From contig QPGO01000031.1 of assembly GCA_008632985.1 (NCBI GenBank), positions 434,001 through 498,000 of the forward strand: a stretch of 64,000 nucleotides of DNA, given 5' to 3'. Below, piece after piece: positions 47,254 through 58,915 of this stretch; the stretch's first letter is position 1; each line of letters begins with the position of its first letter. A model generated the notes under the pieces. The model did no database searches. It was not told the DNA's origin and was given only the letters and a program-made list of their open reading frames with translations. This DNA comes from Psammoneis japonica. Taxonomy: Eukaryota. The position numbers and the translations under genes were made by a program.

Positions 47254-47855
47254 ATTGACAAACTGGTATATCTCTGTATCAAACACAACTCTGCTTTAGA
47301 CAGCAATAGGGAAACACAGCGCCTCGGGAGTCGACAGTGTCGCGTTTTGCTTTGCTCTTTTTGATGTTCGCTTTTGTTCGCTTTTTTTGTTTTTTTTTTT
47401 TGCAGGATGACGTTGCGTGTCTGTCGTTCATCCGCCCTACCGGTATATCATACGACCTTGAGACCAGAGAGTGAGAGGAGAGATGCTAATATAATGTGAG
47501 AGAGTGGCGCCAGCTGGGTAACTTTTTTTGTTTCTCAGAGCCGCCAGCGGAAGAGTCAAGTCTCTGACCTGATGAATCGGTTGTGCTTTAGATCTTTTAT
47601 ATTAGCTAGCTAGTAAGCAACATCAGGCCGTGACTACTTCTAGACTTTAAAACCGTCAATACTTATTGAAGAAAGCGAGCACGAGAGTCAACTCTCTGAC
47701 CCAAGGAATCTGTTGTCCTTTAGATACTGTAAGCACGACGCAAGCCGAACTGCAAAAGTCGCGACAGCAATACGTAGATCATCATTGTGATAGCTAGGCT
47801 ACATTCATGCGGTAGCAGCGCATTCCCCGGGGTATAATGCTTTTAGCAAGCAGGC

Positions 47856-48970
47856 CTAAGCGGTAGACACTTGATCTGCTTTAGTCATCCACCGCCAGTC
47901 ACACAAGCTTTCGTTTTTCGCCCAATCATCAAACAGGGATTCAATTTCGTGTCGATTGTATACATTGTCCAGGACACTTTTGTGTTGTCGTTTACCAATC
48001 CCAACGCGACGCATTTCCTCCATAATGAGCTTGTCTTGTGGTTCAATGCCCCATCTCCTCAAGAGGGTCTTCCAATCCGAAAAGCTCTGGTTAAACCCCT
48101 CTAAACCTTCATATTGAAAGGCCTCCAGACTTTCCAACGCAAAACGAGGGTAGCGCTCTGCGTATCCTGACACATTCATCATGACTTTATCTAATGTCTG
48201 CTTTAATACCGGATCGCGCAATCCCTCTTTGCAGCCGTGTTGCTGCACAAGCGCTTGCATGGTCTCGGAAAACATTTGCCTGTCAATGTTTGCGAGAACG
48301 TTCAAGTGAGAGTTTCGCCGACGATCGAAGCAAAGGGTACATCTTGTTCCGTTTTCAACATTGCAGTGTGCTTGTGCTTGGTTTCCTTCAATTCGAAGCA
48401 ATCTCTGACATTGCATACCGTCCGTCTCAGTAGATTTCTTCGGTACGTTACCACGAATTTGGCTCCCAACTGCTTCAAGCCTTTAATGACACCACGATTC
48501 AGATTCTCAACGAGGATTTTGGGAACCATAATTTGTGACTTGTTGCGCAAAATCATGTCATGGGTTGTAAAAACCATTTGTTTTGATGCACTGAATCGGC
48601 CCATTTCCTCCTCCAACGTGACATTATAGCGGTTGTTGATTTTCGTTTTCTTTCTTAGATCCAAGTATTCATCAACCATCTTGTCGCCAAACGAGACAAA
48701 CGGGTCCAAGCCCGTGTGTCGCAACACGAGATTCTTGGCAAAATTTAACAAAAACGTAGTGCCAAAACAGCCTCTAGATATCAACACCAACGGAACATGC
48801 CGAGCATCAGTCCTGTTATCTGTTTGTATTATTTGATAATTCTGCATGTTGGAAATCAAAACCTCAGATACGACGGGAGTATCTAGATTTTTCCATGCGG
48901 CATAAATCGAATGGAAGCACCAACATAAACTAAGAGATGAAGTGAGAAAAATGGCATAGTGACTCTTCAT
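47856..48970 (-). CDS. Type II membrane protein, possibly sulfotransferase-like (frameshift at ~48350-48385)
   Basis: N-terminal TM, 'LVLISRGCFGTT', 'VVTYRRNLL...C.VRDCF'; continues in the overlapping ORF 47856-48416. Confidence 0.5.
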
Positions 48971-49517
48971 TTTGGGGGCGGAACCGCGATTGTATGTTTT
49001 GTACAGTTGGGCAATTCAAGATGGTAAAACTCCCAGTTCTTCCTGTGGTATCTCCGCAACGTTTCCCTTACGTCGTCGCGGTACCACGGCACAGCGGTAG
49101 TGTAACAATGTGATCGAAATCGATCCACGGCACTGTTGTTGGTAGAACAATTGGTTTCGTGATGCAGCGAGGGGAAACGAAAGGCAGAAATTTTGGAATT
49201 TTGCTTCGAATTGCCCCATCAGATTTTGTCACGGGATATCAAGACCTTACATAATTCGTATCCGGATAAAAAGAATGCTCAGATTTTGAAACGCCAGAAG
49301 CTCCCTCCACTATCTGTCGCGCGATCTCGCGCGGTTTGACGAAAGGACGAGCTCAATCGCCGTGTACGCAACGCATCATCTCTTCGGCTGCTCCCCTCTA
49401 GTCGACCATTACTGTAGCACTATTCAGTAGATTTTAGAGTAAGTTAGAAGGAAACAGTATTAAAGTTCCAAATTGATGGTCGACACTACCTCCTCAGGCT
49501 CATCCATTGCTTCAAAA

Positions 49518-50678
49518 TCAAGCTGAAATGTTGCCCTTTTCAAGATCTGTTTCGTTTTCGGCAATGTCTTCATTGGCTTTTTTGGCTTCCGCATGATTGT
49601 TGGTGCCAAAGGAGCTTGATTCCGTGCGTCTCGCGCCTACTCGAGAAGACCATCTACGCAACAAACTTGTCGAGGATCGTTTATTCGAGGGTCTGCCATG
49701 GAAATGCGGGAGAGGGATTTCCCTTGAATCTCGTTGCTGTTTTTGAGGCGGAGGAGGCAGTAGAGTTTGTCGGATACCAGTCAAATGTCCGCCAAAAGGC
49801 CATGGTAAAGAAAGACGGTGTTGAATATAATACCAGAGATGTGAAAGAGGTTTCTTGAGAGCTGAGCCGGACCCAGAGAGGTTGGGGGATGGGAGCTCCC
49901 AGTCCTCGAGAGGTTTGAAAATGGCATCACACTCGGTTTCCTTTAGTTTGACACCATCCTCTTTATTCATCCAAAATTCAATTATAAAAGACAAATTGTT
50001 TACCAAAAGCGATTGCCAAACACCCTTGGCAAGCGATTCATTTGCCATTTTTGTCATGTGCGGTTTCGAGAACCGGAATAGCTTGGTGTGGTTGATGCTT
50101 TCACAAGATATTGAATGCGTATTAAACACATCATCCTCTCTCTTGTACATGCCCAAATGTTTGAGATCAAACATTTGACCTGACGCTGTCTCCCGAGTCG
50201 CCACGACTGTGCCATCCCTCACTATCTGCATTTTTACAGATCCAGTGTACAGAATGTAGAAGTATTCTTTGGTAGGAATCTTTTCCCCTGGTTTAAACTC
50301 GACTACCTCAAGATGTACAGCAACAATACTCTTGAAGAGACGCTCCGAAAGACCCCCAGTTCGATAGAACATTCGCCAGAGTGCTGCTTCGTCTTCCGTC
50401 ATTTTCACTTGTTTCTCGTCGAGGATCAAACAAATAAGTGACGCTCCGTGCACGTAGATCCCGATAATTGCCCAAATTAGACTATCAAGAAACAAAATGT
50501 CTGGGTTGGACGCATCACCCCACAATGGAGACCCCAACGACGCATTCACAAGAAGCATAACGTAGGCTAGGAACAAAAAGAGTCGAATCAGCAACAGGTC
50601 TCCGTAGACTCCCGAAACAGTGAAAAAGGCGCTCGCCAGCTGGATCCAGACGGACAACGGCTGTACGACTTGAACCAT
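49518..50678 (-). CDS. Popeye-domain-like (cNMP-binding fold) membrane protein
   Basis: Three TM segments with 'DLLLIRL', then 'EKQVKMTEDEAALWRMFY..GLS..F' and a cNMP-like beta region. Confidence 0.65.
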   Translation of the reverse strand: MVQVVQPLSVWIQLASAFFTVSGVYGDLLLIRLFLFLAYVMLLVNASLGSPLWGDASNPDILFLDSLIWAIIGIYVHGASLICLILDEKQVKMTEDEAALWRMFYRTGGLSERLFKSIVAVHLEVVEFKPGEKIPTKEYFYILYTGSVKMQIVRDGTVVATRETASGQMFDLKHLGMYKREDDVFNTHSISCESINHTKLFRFSKPHMTKMANESLAKGVWQSLLVNNLSFIIEFWMNKEDGVKLKETECDAIFKPLEDWELPSPNLSGSGSALKKPLSHLWYYIQHRLSLPWPFGGHLTGIRQTLLPPPPQKQQRDSREIPLPHFHGRPSNKRSSTSLLRRWSSRVGARRTESSSFGTNNHAEAKKANEDIAENETDLEKGNISA

Positions 50679-51190
50679 TGTGGTTTCAATGTATCATTTA
50701 TGGGAGCACGTGGATCATTGGAACAACAACGAGCTTTTCGGTGTTCCAGTCGAGAATGCAGTTGCATCGAAAATCGAAGCGCGGTGTCGGGTGTCGGAGG
50801 CATGTTTTGACAAAGCAACGTCAAACGGACACACAAACGAAAAACTCCATGACAAAGAGACACCGCAGCAGTCAACAAAAAATCCAACACAACAATCCGA
50901 GCTCTGATCGCCAGTGCGTTTGGGGGTTTTCCCAGTACATTTTGTACGCGCAAGAAAACACGTAGGATCTGTCCAGAGGTCCCAAATACCCAATCGCACT
51001 GATTGACAGACTGTTTTAGTACAAATTCTACGTAACTTTCTTCGACAGTCTCACTTCCGAAGACGTCCCCCAGATACGCACGCACAAAATAACACAAACA
51101 CAAACAGCAATAAGGATCGTTTGTTTGGTTTGACGCAAAAACCTTGACATTACCCCTCGTTTCTATTTTCAATCGTTGAACGACACCATC

Positions 51191-51508
51191 ATGAGTAGCA
51201 TTGACGAAGAATCCGATGCAACGTACGTCAAATTGATTTCTGCCGAAGGATTTGAGTTTTTCATGAGTCGAGACGTGGCCATTGCGGGATCCGGCACCAT
51301 CAAAACCATGTTGGAAGGTCAGTTTCGTGAATCCAAAGACAACATTATCGTCCTACCCGATATTTCTGGATATATATTGGAAAAGATTGTTTCGTACTTG
51401 CACTACAAGGCACAATATTCGCATTCAACGAGTCGTATTCCAGAGTTTCCCATTGAACCGGAAGTCGCATTGGAGTTAATGATTGCTGCCAAGTATTTGG
51501 ATTGCTGA
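51191..51508 (+). CDS. ELOC: Elongin C
   Basis: 'YVKLISAEGFEF..SGTIKTML.GQF.ES..LEKIVSYLHYK..IPEFPIEPEVALELMIAAKYLDC'. Confidence 0.95.
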   Translation: MSSIDEESDATYVKLISAEGFEFFMSRDVAIAGSGTIKTMLEGQFRESKDNIIVLPDISGYILEKIVSYLHYKAQYSHSTSRIPEFPIEPEVALELMIAAKYLDC

Positions 51509-51873
51509 GCAAAAGACGCAGTTGGGATATTTTTTGCTTTGTTCAGGAACTTTATGGTACGAGGGGGGCAATGTTTTTTCCGAGAGAGCGTCTTTTCTGT
51601 CTCGGCAATGTTGAAATTGGACTCAGCAAAATCATGAAGGGCGCCCATAAAGCATTGAATTGTAGCCGCTACCATGAAATGATAAATAGCAGCCATCAAT
51701 TTATATGATTGAGATTTCTCTATTCGTCTTTTTCATATCGTTTCCATTTTAGCGCAAAGCTGGTTCTGGGGCGTAGCGTTTCTTCCCAATTCTTCTCTAA
51801 GTCTGCCGTTGTCTTATCGTTACTGTAGCATTGCTACTACACCGACTCGCGCGTTCATGTATTCTGCACCATC

Positions 51874-52368
51874 TCATTGTGGTTTTGTCACAGACTCAAC
51901 TTTGGTGTCGGATATCTTGAGTACATCGCGTTGAAAGGCCAAGAGGGATTGATGCACATACCAGTCGTAGTTTGGGATTGAAATCCCCATTACGTTCATC
52001 TTGGGAATGGACCAACGATTTGGCGGGCGTTTGTACGAGTAGCTTTTAGCGACGGCCTGCTGTTTACGGAGAGTCTCAATGACGTCTCGTCCTTTGGCAC
52101 CAAGTCCTAGCTGTTCAATCACGTCGTCACAAGAGTTACGACCCAGCAAGCCCTCAAGACCATCCGGTTTGATAAAATCTTCCGCTGGTGAAAGAAGTGA
52201 AACTGGTGTGGTCACTTCTGTACCTGTGTCAAGCAATGGAATTGTAACGGATATGCCTTGAATGCCTACCGGTAGATCTGGAGCTTTCTCGAGTCGTCCG
52301 TAGACATGGAATCTTCTCGCTCCCAAATCTCTACCATACTGTTGCTGCTGAGGGACATAATGTCGCAC
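51874..52368 (-). CDS. Hypothetical protein fragment (upstream part broken or spliced)
   Basis: Protein-like 164-aa ORF with normal composition; no family recognised. Confidence 0.3.
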   Translation of the reverse strand: MRHYVPQQQQYGRDLGARRFHVYGRLEKAPDLPVGIQGISVTIPLLDTGTEVTTPVSLLSPAEDFIKPDGLEGLLGRNSCDDVIEQLGLGAKGRDVIETLRKQQAVAKSYSYKRPPNRWSIPKMNVMGISIPNYDWYVHQSLLAFQRDVLKISDTKVESVTKPQ

Positions 52369-53361
52369 ACACCACCCAACACGCTTCCTGTGACAGTTTC
52401 CTCACATGATTCTTTGCCAGGACCTCAGAGGATTTGAAGAAGTTACAAAGCTATGGTTCTCCTCTTCTTTTCAAACGCAACTTCTTCTTCATGATAATCA
52501 TTGCCTATAGAATTCTGATCGGAAGGAGGACGAGTTCCTGACTTACTCTCCTCGCTGGGTTCGCCAGAAGACGCAAACCTTGAGACTGACTTGTCTCGAG
52601 CGTCCTTCAAACGTCGAATGATCGAGCCGCTCGCTTGATCAAAGACGACTTTCTATCACCACTGTTTTCTCGTCCAGGAGAAGTCGGCCGCACGTGCTTT
52701 TGAATCATCAGTGCGAATGATTCTTTGAAAGCAGAGCGGGATATCTTTTCCCTCACATGACTACCCGTGACCTTGGGTGAAGGCCATCGGTTCTATAGGT
52801 TGCTTTTCAATAGCTGAGGTCGAGCGGAATGCATGGATGATTCTTCAATCGCATCTTTTGCACGCAGCTCTTCTTCTGAAGACTGTTTCGAGTCGTCACG
52901 AGCACCCATCATATCAACCTTCAAAACAAATGACATTACTTCTATGGCTCAGGGCTGCTCTTTGTCATTGAGATGGACCGCCTCACAACCTCGAACGGCG
53001 AAACCGGCATGACAACGTCGTGTCATTGTCGAGGCGAGAAGCACAGAAAAAAGGCGCGCCAACTCGCGTTGGCAGGAGGAATCTGGAATTTCAAAACGCG
53101 ATGCCATAGGGCCCTAGGGGACAGCAGATTGGCCGTTACCAGGGACGAAGCGCGATTTCGCGCGTTTCATTCGTCGTTGAACTCGCGAGCGGTATCTTTG
53201 GGTCGGCGGCGACCAAAAATGACGCCACCCCGATTATACTGCCAGCACGTAGAATTGTACGTAAGACGGGGATCAACGACTTCAACCTTGCGAAGGTGTT
53301 GACATCTGCACGGCATTGATCACGAGAGTTATTATTCTTATTACCAGGAACAATCATCAAG

Positions 53362-54222
53362 ATGAAGACTGCCGCCGCTCTCCTTGCCATCGCCGCTTCG
53401 GCATCCGCTTTTGCCCCTTCCACCAAGTCCACCCGGGCTTCGGTTGCCGTCAGTGAGACCAAGGCCGATCTTGAGGAGATGGCAAAGAAGCTCAACCCCG
53501 TCGTTGGCTTTTTTGACCCTCTCAACCTTGCTGAGGCTGAGTTCTGGGGTGCCTCCAACGAAGCTACCATTGGCTTCCTTCGTCATGCCGAGATCAAGCA
53601 CGGACGTATTGCTATGTTCGCTTTCGTCGGGTACATTGTCCACGCCAACGGCATTAAGGTACGACAAACGAACTATTGTACGATGCAAATCTGGCGTTAG
53701 TTACGTATTTATGAAGCTAATCCTCGTTCGGTTTCGTTTCAACTGAATTAGTTCCCTTGGGCAATGGAAATGGATGGAACTCCCTTCCCTACTGAGACCA
53801 ACCCTCCTGCTCTTTGGGACACTATCAGCGATGCCGCCAAGTGGCAAATCTTTGGTGTTATTGCCTTCCTTGAATTCTGGAGTGAGCTCTCCACCCCTAA
53901 CCACAAGCACTACATGGCCGGTGGCAAGCCAGGTGACTTCCCCGACTTCACCACTGGACCTGATGGAATTCCGCACCCAGTTCCTTTCAACTTTTACGAT
54001 CCCTTCAAGTTCTCCAAGAATATGAGCGAGGAGAAGAAAGAATCCCGCCTCCGTGCTGAAATCAACAACGGCCGACTTGCCCAGATTGGTATCCTTGGAT
54101 TCCTCGCCGAACAAACCACACCCGGATCTGTTCCTCTCCTATCTGGGGTTGTCCAACCTTACGATGGCGAGCCCATGGCTCCCTTCACGCACAACGTGAT
54201 TGGTGAGCCCTTTGGCCTTTAA
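53362..54222 (+). CDS. Fucoxanthin-chlorophyll light-harvesting protein (LHC/FCP); intron 53659-53751
   Basis: ASAFAP transit motif, 'GFFDPLNL', '[12 protein letters not shown]', '[13 protein letters not shown]'. Confidence 0.95.
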
Positions 54223-54431
54223 GTACTAGGACATAGTACGAAGAAAAGGTCTCTGTATGGAGATTGTGAGCAAGCCCGTTTTACCTTTTGTACTCGGGAA
54301 TTCTTTGCGGGTGAAGTATCGTTCAATATAGACATATCCTCTCAACTAAGTTATTGTTGTACCTCCATCAAATTCACTTTAGTGGAATAATGTAGTTGCT
54401 GTCTTGCCTTTAAGTCAACTCAGCACGAGCG

Positions 54432-57400
54432 TTAAAACGTTCTCCGGTATAGGCAAAACTTCTTCGTTTTAGTTCGTCTCGGTACCAATCCTGAAGCAAA
54501 CATAGAAATTGAAACAGCATGAGGCACACAATAAAATTCAATGGTAGTGAAAGTTGCACCAAATAATGCACATACCCTTATTTGATTGTAAGTCTTGTCA
54601 ACAAGCACATCCGAATGACTTTGAATCTTTACAAAGTCTCTCCCAAAGTGCTTTACTCCATCTAAGATAGCTTCTTTCTCTTCATTGCTAAAAGGATAGT
54701 TCACGCGACGAGATTTCTTTTCCTCCGCAACTCTTGCTGTGTAGGCATCATGAAGTACTTGTGGGATGTTCAGGCCCATGAGCGATAACCACACGAGACA
54801 CTTCCATTCGTCGCAGTCAATTTCTGGTTTGTCAGAATCAACTTTAAGGCAATACTCCTGTGCCAGGTGCCAGACACAATTCGCAATATTGGGATGCATC
54901 ACGTCGCTCACATGACAAGTCAAGATCAATTTATACAAAAGGTATTCCAACTCCGTGCCGCGTTGAGTGTCACTCAAAACGAGGGCAGGCAGCTGCCCAT
55001 AGCTTTGAGCCTCTATCGAGCTTCCTGAAAGCGTTGACGCAGCTTGCGGTAGGTCTGTATCACGGACTGAATCATCTGATACCCCGTCCTCTTTCTTTAT
55101 GGGTGTATTGGCTGCTTTGACATGAACTCCGCGCCAACTCTCTGTTTCGCTATCAGACTCGTCGTCATTTAGAGGAGTATAGATTCGCATCCAGTTGGTG
55201 TCCACAACCTGCGTAGAAGCTACACCTACAGCCGGTGATTGCAGTTCCATCGAGAGCAACTTATCTCTCCTACTGTAATCATTCGATGAAAGTTCAGTGC
55301 AATCTCTAAGTCGTTTCTCCACCACCGCACTGACCTCGAAAATCGTGTCAGCAGTTGCCTGATCCGGAGACAATATCCACGACGGCGGCTTGAGTATTTG
55401 TGTGTCCCACCAACGACGCCCTTCGCCCCACCAACCACACACGTCCTTTCGCGTCTTCAGTACTTCGTGGTCGATGTTCAAACCTTTTCTAAGTCTCTTG
55501 CATCCACTACACTTCATTTTTCTACACATTCGCCGTTGCGTCTTCGTGACTTTGCACCCGACGGCTCCGAGGACACGCACCAGTCTCTGCCAATGACGGC
55601 GATCGGAAGGGTCATTCTCAAGAATACCGGCGGCAACTGCTGCGGGGGCGTCAACAGTGACCTCGTTTCTGCAAAATAAATCATCGATTCGACGTAAGCA
55701 GAGCCTGGAATTCTCCCTAATCGCCCACTGGACACTATGGTATGCATGCAATCTTCGTGCTTGTTGACAAGAAGTCTTCACGAGTGATTTCGCATGAGCT
55801 TTACGTCCTGGAGGCCCAATTATCAACGCAACCACTTCACTCCACTCTAGCAACGAAGAGAGTGCGAGGTGCGGTCTTGATGCTTCCCTGTTCTGAGGCC
55901 TCTTCGTGAGCTCGATAAGGGCGAGAATGGCATCCGCCAAAAGCTTTCGAACTTCCTCAAACTTTTCCATCTTTTGCCTCTTTTCTTGCGTGAAAGAAGA
56001 CGAGTCCTGAGAAAGTAACATTTGATAGCCAGATTCTTCAGCCTTGGACGACGGCCGGCATCGAGCCCCGCTTCCAATGGCATTGCCGGAGCACAACAAC
56101 AAACTCGAAGCTAAAGCAGCAATGTACCATTCGTGATGAGTCACTTCTGCATCATCTGCCTCCAGGCAGCGACTAAAGACTTCACAAGAAAGGTGCAAAG
56201 TGTGTTCGAGCTGCCCAACATTGACGGCTTCTCCCTCTGAAAACAGAATGTTGGCGTCCACCAGAAGGTTCTTTTGTTCCATGAGTTCCAACGCGGAACG
56301 CATGAGTTCAAAGGGAGTCCGATCACCGTTGACATCACAGGAGCGACAAACAATCTCGGCAGCCATTGGTGGCAAGTTCATGACAATACGAGCTATTCCA
56401 ACTGTAAGATTTACCGCTGGAAAAGCCGCGAGCCGCTTATCGGCGACGAATCCTTCGCATTGATCGTAAATAAGCCGGGCGAGGACGTCCGCCGTGGCGA
56501 CTTTTCCATCATTCGAGCTGGCGTCTTCATCATCAGAAATGTCATCGGGGTTGAAAGGATCTATAAAGTCCGAATATGGGAGAGTGCTGTCTGCCTTTTC
56601 CGGGTCAAGTAAGGCACCACCGTTGGCAATGTAACTGCAGTATCCCATGACAGCCATGTACAAAGAAACGATGGGTAGATCGTGGGTTGTCATCCACAAC
56701 ATTTTGGTATTCTCAAGGGTGATGGGGCTTATTGTCTTGACGGTTCGCTCGAGATACGCCTTTATGTGATCCTGAGCCTTTCTGATACCAATCTTATTAT
56801 GGTGCGCTACAGCTAAGCGGCTCAGCAATACAGATATTGTAAGCGCATAGACGGTTGGGTCTACATCTGACGCGTGGTGCGTCCATGCATTCTTGTCGGC
56901 GGGACCAAAAACAAAGTTATACTCGTCCAGTGGAAAGTTAGGAACAGGTGGATTCGTTCCTGGCACATGGGAATATTCACTAGTGGCTGGTATGCAAATC
57001 TCGTCCTGATAAACAACTCCGGCTTGAGATGTGTCATCCAGAAATTCGTCGTCGCTCTCCTGTTCAGCTTCCGGCAGAACGGTGGAGTTTTCATCAGTCT
57101 CCATATCACCATCGTTCAAACTGTTTTGGCTTGATGATGGCTGTTGAGCATTCGGCAGAACGGTGGAGTTTTCATCAGTCTCCATATCATCATCGTTCAA
57201 ACTGTTTTGGCTTGATGATGGCTTTTGAGCATTCGGTAGAACGAGGGAGTTCTGATCAGTCTCCATATCACCATCCTTCAAACTGTTTTGGCTTGATGAT
57301 GGTGACACAAGACTTTTGCGTTTCTTTGTTGTGCTCGCTGATTTGTCGCCTTCCGCCTTGACTTCAAGGTTCTTGATGACGCGACGGCGGTGCGTTTGTC

Positions 57401-58496
57401 TCATTTTATAAACCGAATCCTGTTTCAAAGAAGTATGGACCCAATTTGGAGAACCCAAATGTTCAAACACGGGCCCTACTCCAAACTCACGCATGGCGAC
57501 CGACCTAGATTTCCACTTGTGTTGATGAAAGGTCTCAAAATCAATAGCTCGTTCTCGAGCCTGACATTGCAACAAGCGGACACGATGAGCTTCACGGTTT
57601 GACTTGTGATGAAGTGCCTTGATGAGTCGGTCTTGTAATTGACAATCTTGTGCGCCTGGGTTGGAACACATGCAACACCTAGCCGCCATGAGCATGAGGT
57701 TGCGTTGATGAAAAAAGGTCCCGTGTGTAGGGCATTTCGTGGCATGGCGAAACGGGAAAAAGTAAAACGGATCATTTGGTCTGGCAGGACGGTCAGCCTT
57801 TAGTAGGGTTGCACGAATCTTTCTATGGGGAGATTCTTGCGCTTTGGTAGTCTCGGTTTCTGCCGTGGACGCTGCAGTCAAGAGAATCGGCGGAGCGTCG
57901 TCATCATTCTCTTCGTTCTGCGCTTTACTTCCGTAACTGAAGGCTAGTCGCTCCGGTGGCGCACTGTACCCCTTGGTCCAGTAATCCATCTTATCAAAAT
58001 CAAGTGCATGGCTTGGTACCTCATTTGGCTTGGCCACTGCAGCAGCAGCTTCCGGTGGTTTTAACAAACTCCCCAATTGTTCTTCATCCGATGAGTCAAC
58101 ATAGGTCAACACTTGCTGTTGCTCTGGTTCTTTTGGGCGCTCCACAACTTTTTCAGCCACATGCTGTACAGCGCCACCATAGTCCACTTCATTGCGCAAA
58201 TCATACTTTCTCTTTTTCCATCGCCTTCGTATGTTTTGCCACTGTGTATTTTTTCGTTGCTTGAATATCCGTTCTTCCTTTTGTGATTCGGTCTCTCCTT
58301 GATTCAAGAGGGAGACTCGTTTGCGCTTCTTTCTCTTCTCTTCTTGAGCATGCTCCTCCTCAGGAGGTTCAATTTCTTCTTCTTCTTGTTTGTAAAAGGC
58401 ATGTAAAGCGTCCCTCTCCGTCGCCGGTGATCCTTCTTGTTCATGTGCTTCCGTTTGAGAAGACTGTGAATAGATCAAATCATGGAGGGACGACAT
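54432..58496 (-). CDS. Large hypothetical nuclear protein with C-terminal SANT/Myb-like domain
   Basis: ORF of about 1350 aa with basic NLS-like stretches and 'FSNEEKEAILDGVKHFGRDFVKIQ'. Probable intron starting ~54574, so the true end is uncertain. Confidence 0.7.
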   Translation of the reverse strand: MSSLHDLIYSQSSQTEAHEQEGSPATERDALHAFYKQEEEEIEPPEEEHAQEEKRKKRKRVSLLNQGETESQKEERIFKQRKNTQWQNIRRRWKKRKYDLRNEVDYGGAVQHVAEKVVERPKEPEQQQVLTYVDSSDEEQLGSLLKPPEAAAAVAKPNEVPSHALDFDKMDYWTKGYSAPPERLAFSYGSKAQNEENDDDAPPILLTAASTAETETTKAQESPHRKIRATLLKADRPARPNDPFYFFPFRHATKCPTHGTFFHQRNLMLMAARCCMCSNPGAQDCQLQDRLIKALHHKSNREAHRVRLLQCQARERAIDFETFHQHKWKSRSVAMREFGVGPVFEHLGSPNWVHTSLKQDSVYKMRQTHRRRVIKNLEVKAEGDKSASTTKKRKSLVSPSSSQNSLKDGDMETDQNSLVLPNAQKPSSSQNSLNDDDMETDENSTVLPNAQQPSSSQNSLNDGDMETDENSTVLPEAEQESDDEFLDDTSQAGVVYQDEICIPATSEYSHVPGTNPPVPNFPLDEYNFVFGPADKNAWTHHASDVDPTVYALTISVLLSRLAVAHHNKIGIRKAQDHIKAYLERTVKTISPITLENTKMLWMTTHDLPIVSLYMAVMGYCSYIANGGALLDPEKADSTLPYSDFIDPFNPDDISDDEDASSNDGKVATADVLARLIYDQCEGFVADKRLAAFPAVNLTVGIARIVMNLPPMAAEIVCRSCDVNGDRTPFELMRSALELMEQKNLLVDANILFSEGEAVNVGQLEHTLHLSCEVFSRCLEADDAEVTHHEWYIAALASSLLLCSGNAIGSGARCRPSSKAEESGYQMLLSQDSSSFTQEKRQKMEKFEEVRKLLADAILALIELTKRPQNREASRPHLALSSLLEWSEVVALIIGPPGRKAHAKSLVKTSCQQARRLHAYHSVQWAIRENSRLCLRRIDDLFCRNEVTVDAPAAVAAGILENDPSDRRHWQRLVRVLGAVGCKVTKTQRRMCRKMKCSGCKRLRKGLNIDHEVLKTRKDVCGWWGEGRRWWDTQILKPPSWILSPDQATADTIFEVSAVVEKRLRDCTELSSNDYSRRDKLLSMELQSPAVGVASTQVVDTNWMRIYTPLNDDESDSETESWRGVHVKAANTPIKKEDGVSDDSVRDTDLPQAASTLSGSSIEAQSYGQLPALVLSDTQRGTELEYLLYKLILTCHVSDVMHPNIANCVWHLAQEYCLKVDSDKPEIDCDEWKCLVWLSLMGLNIPQVLHDAYTARVAEEKKSRRVNYPFSNEEKEAILDGVKHFGRDFVKIQSHSDVLVDKTYNQIRVCALFGATFTTIEFYCVPHAVSISMFASGLVPRRTKTKKFCLYRRTF
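57060..57303 (-). repeat. Three coding tandem repeats of 81 bp (27 aa)
   Basis: Unit 'PSSSQNSLNDxDMETDENSTVLPNAQx' occurs three times. Confidence 0.9.
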
Positions 58497-58915
58497 TCTG
58501 AGTTCTAGTGAAGACCTCTCGATAGAAGGATACACAGGAAGCAATAATATAGTAGGTGAGGTTGGTTCAGAGCGATCAAGGCCAAAGACACGAGGTTACA
58601 GCGACCAGCGACGGCTTTGTCAGCCATTGCGATCGAAACTCCGATCCTGGAGCACTGAGCACTGAGCACTGAGCAGGTTCTGAGTGCTCTGTCAAAAAAG
58701 GCGGCCAGACTGCAAGTGAGGACGTTATTGTGACGTCATCATGCGCTTGCGCGCGATGATTTCGCAAGCTGGCTGGGCGCGAAAAAAAGGGGGTTTCCAA
58801 CGCATCAACGCACCGGTGCAGGCACCTCATTCACTGTCAGAACGAAGAATTCAGAAGGCATTTTAGCAACCCAGACAACGCTATTATCACTCACAAGTCT
58901 CTCTTATACACAGCT

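Noticed and set aside
47552..47726. Two diverged ~43-bp direct repeats as a CRISPR-like array
   Set aside because: Only two imperfect copies, eukaryotic context, no cas genes.
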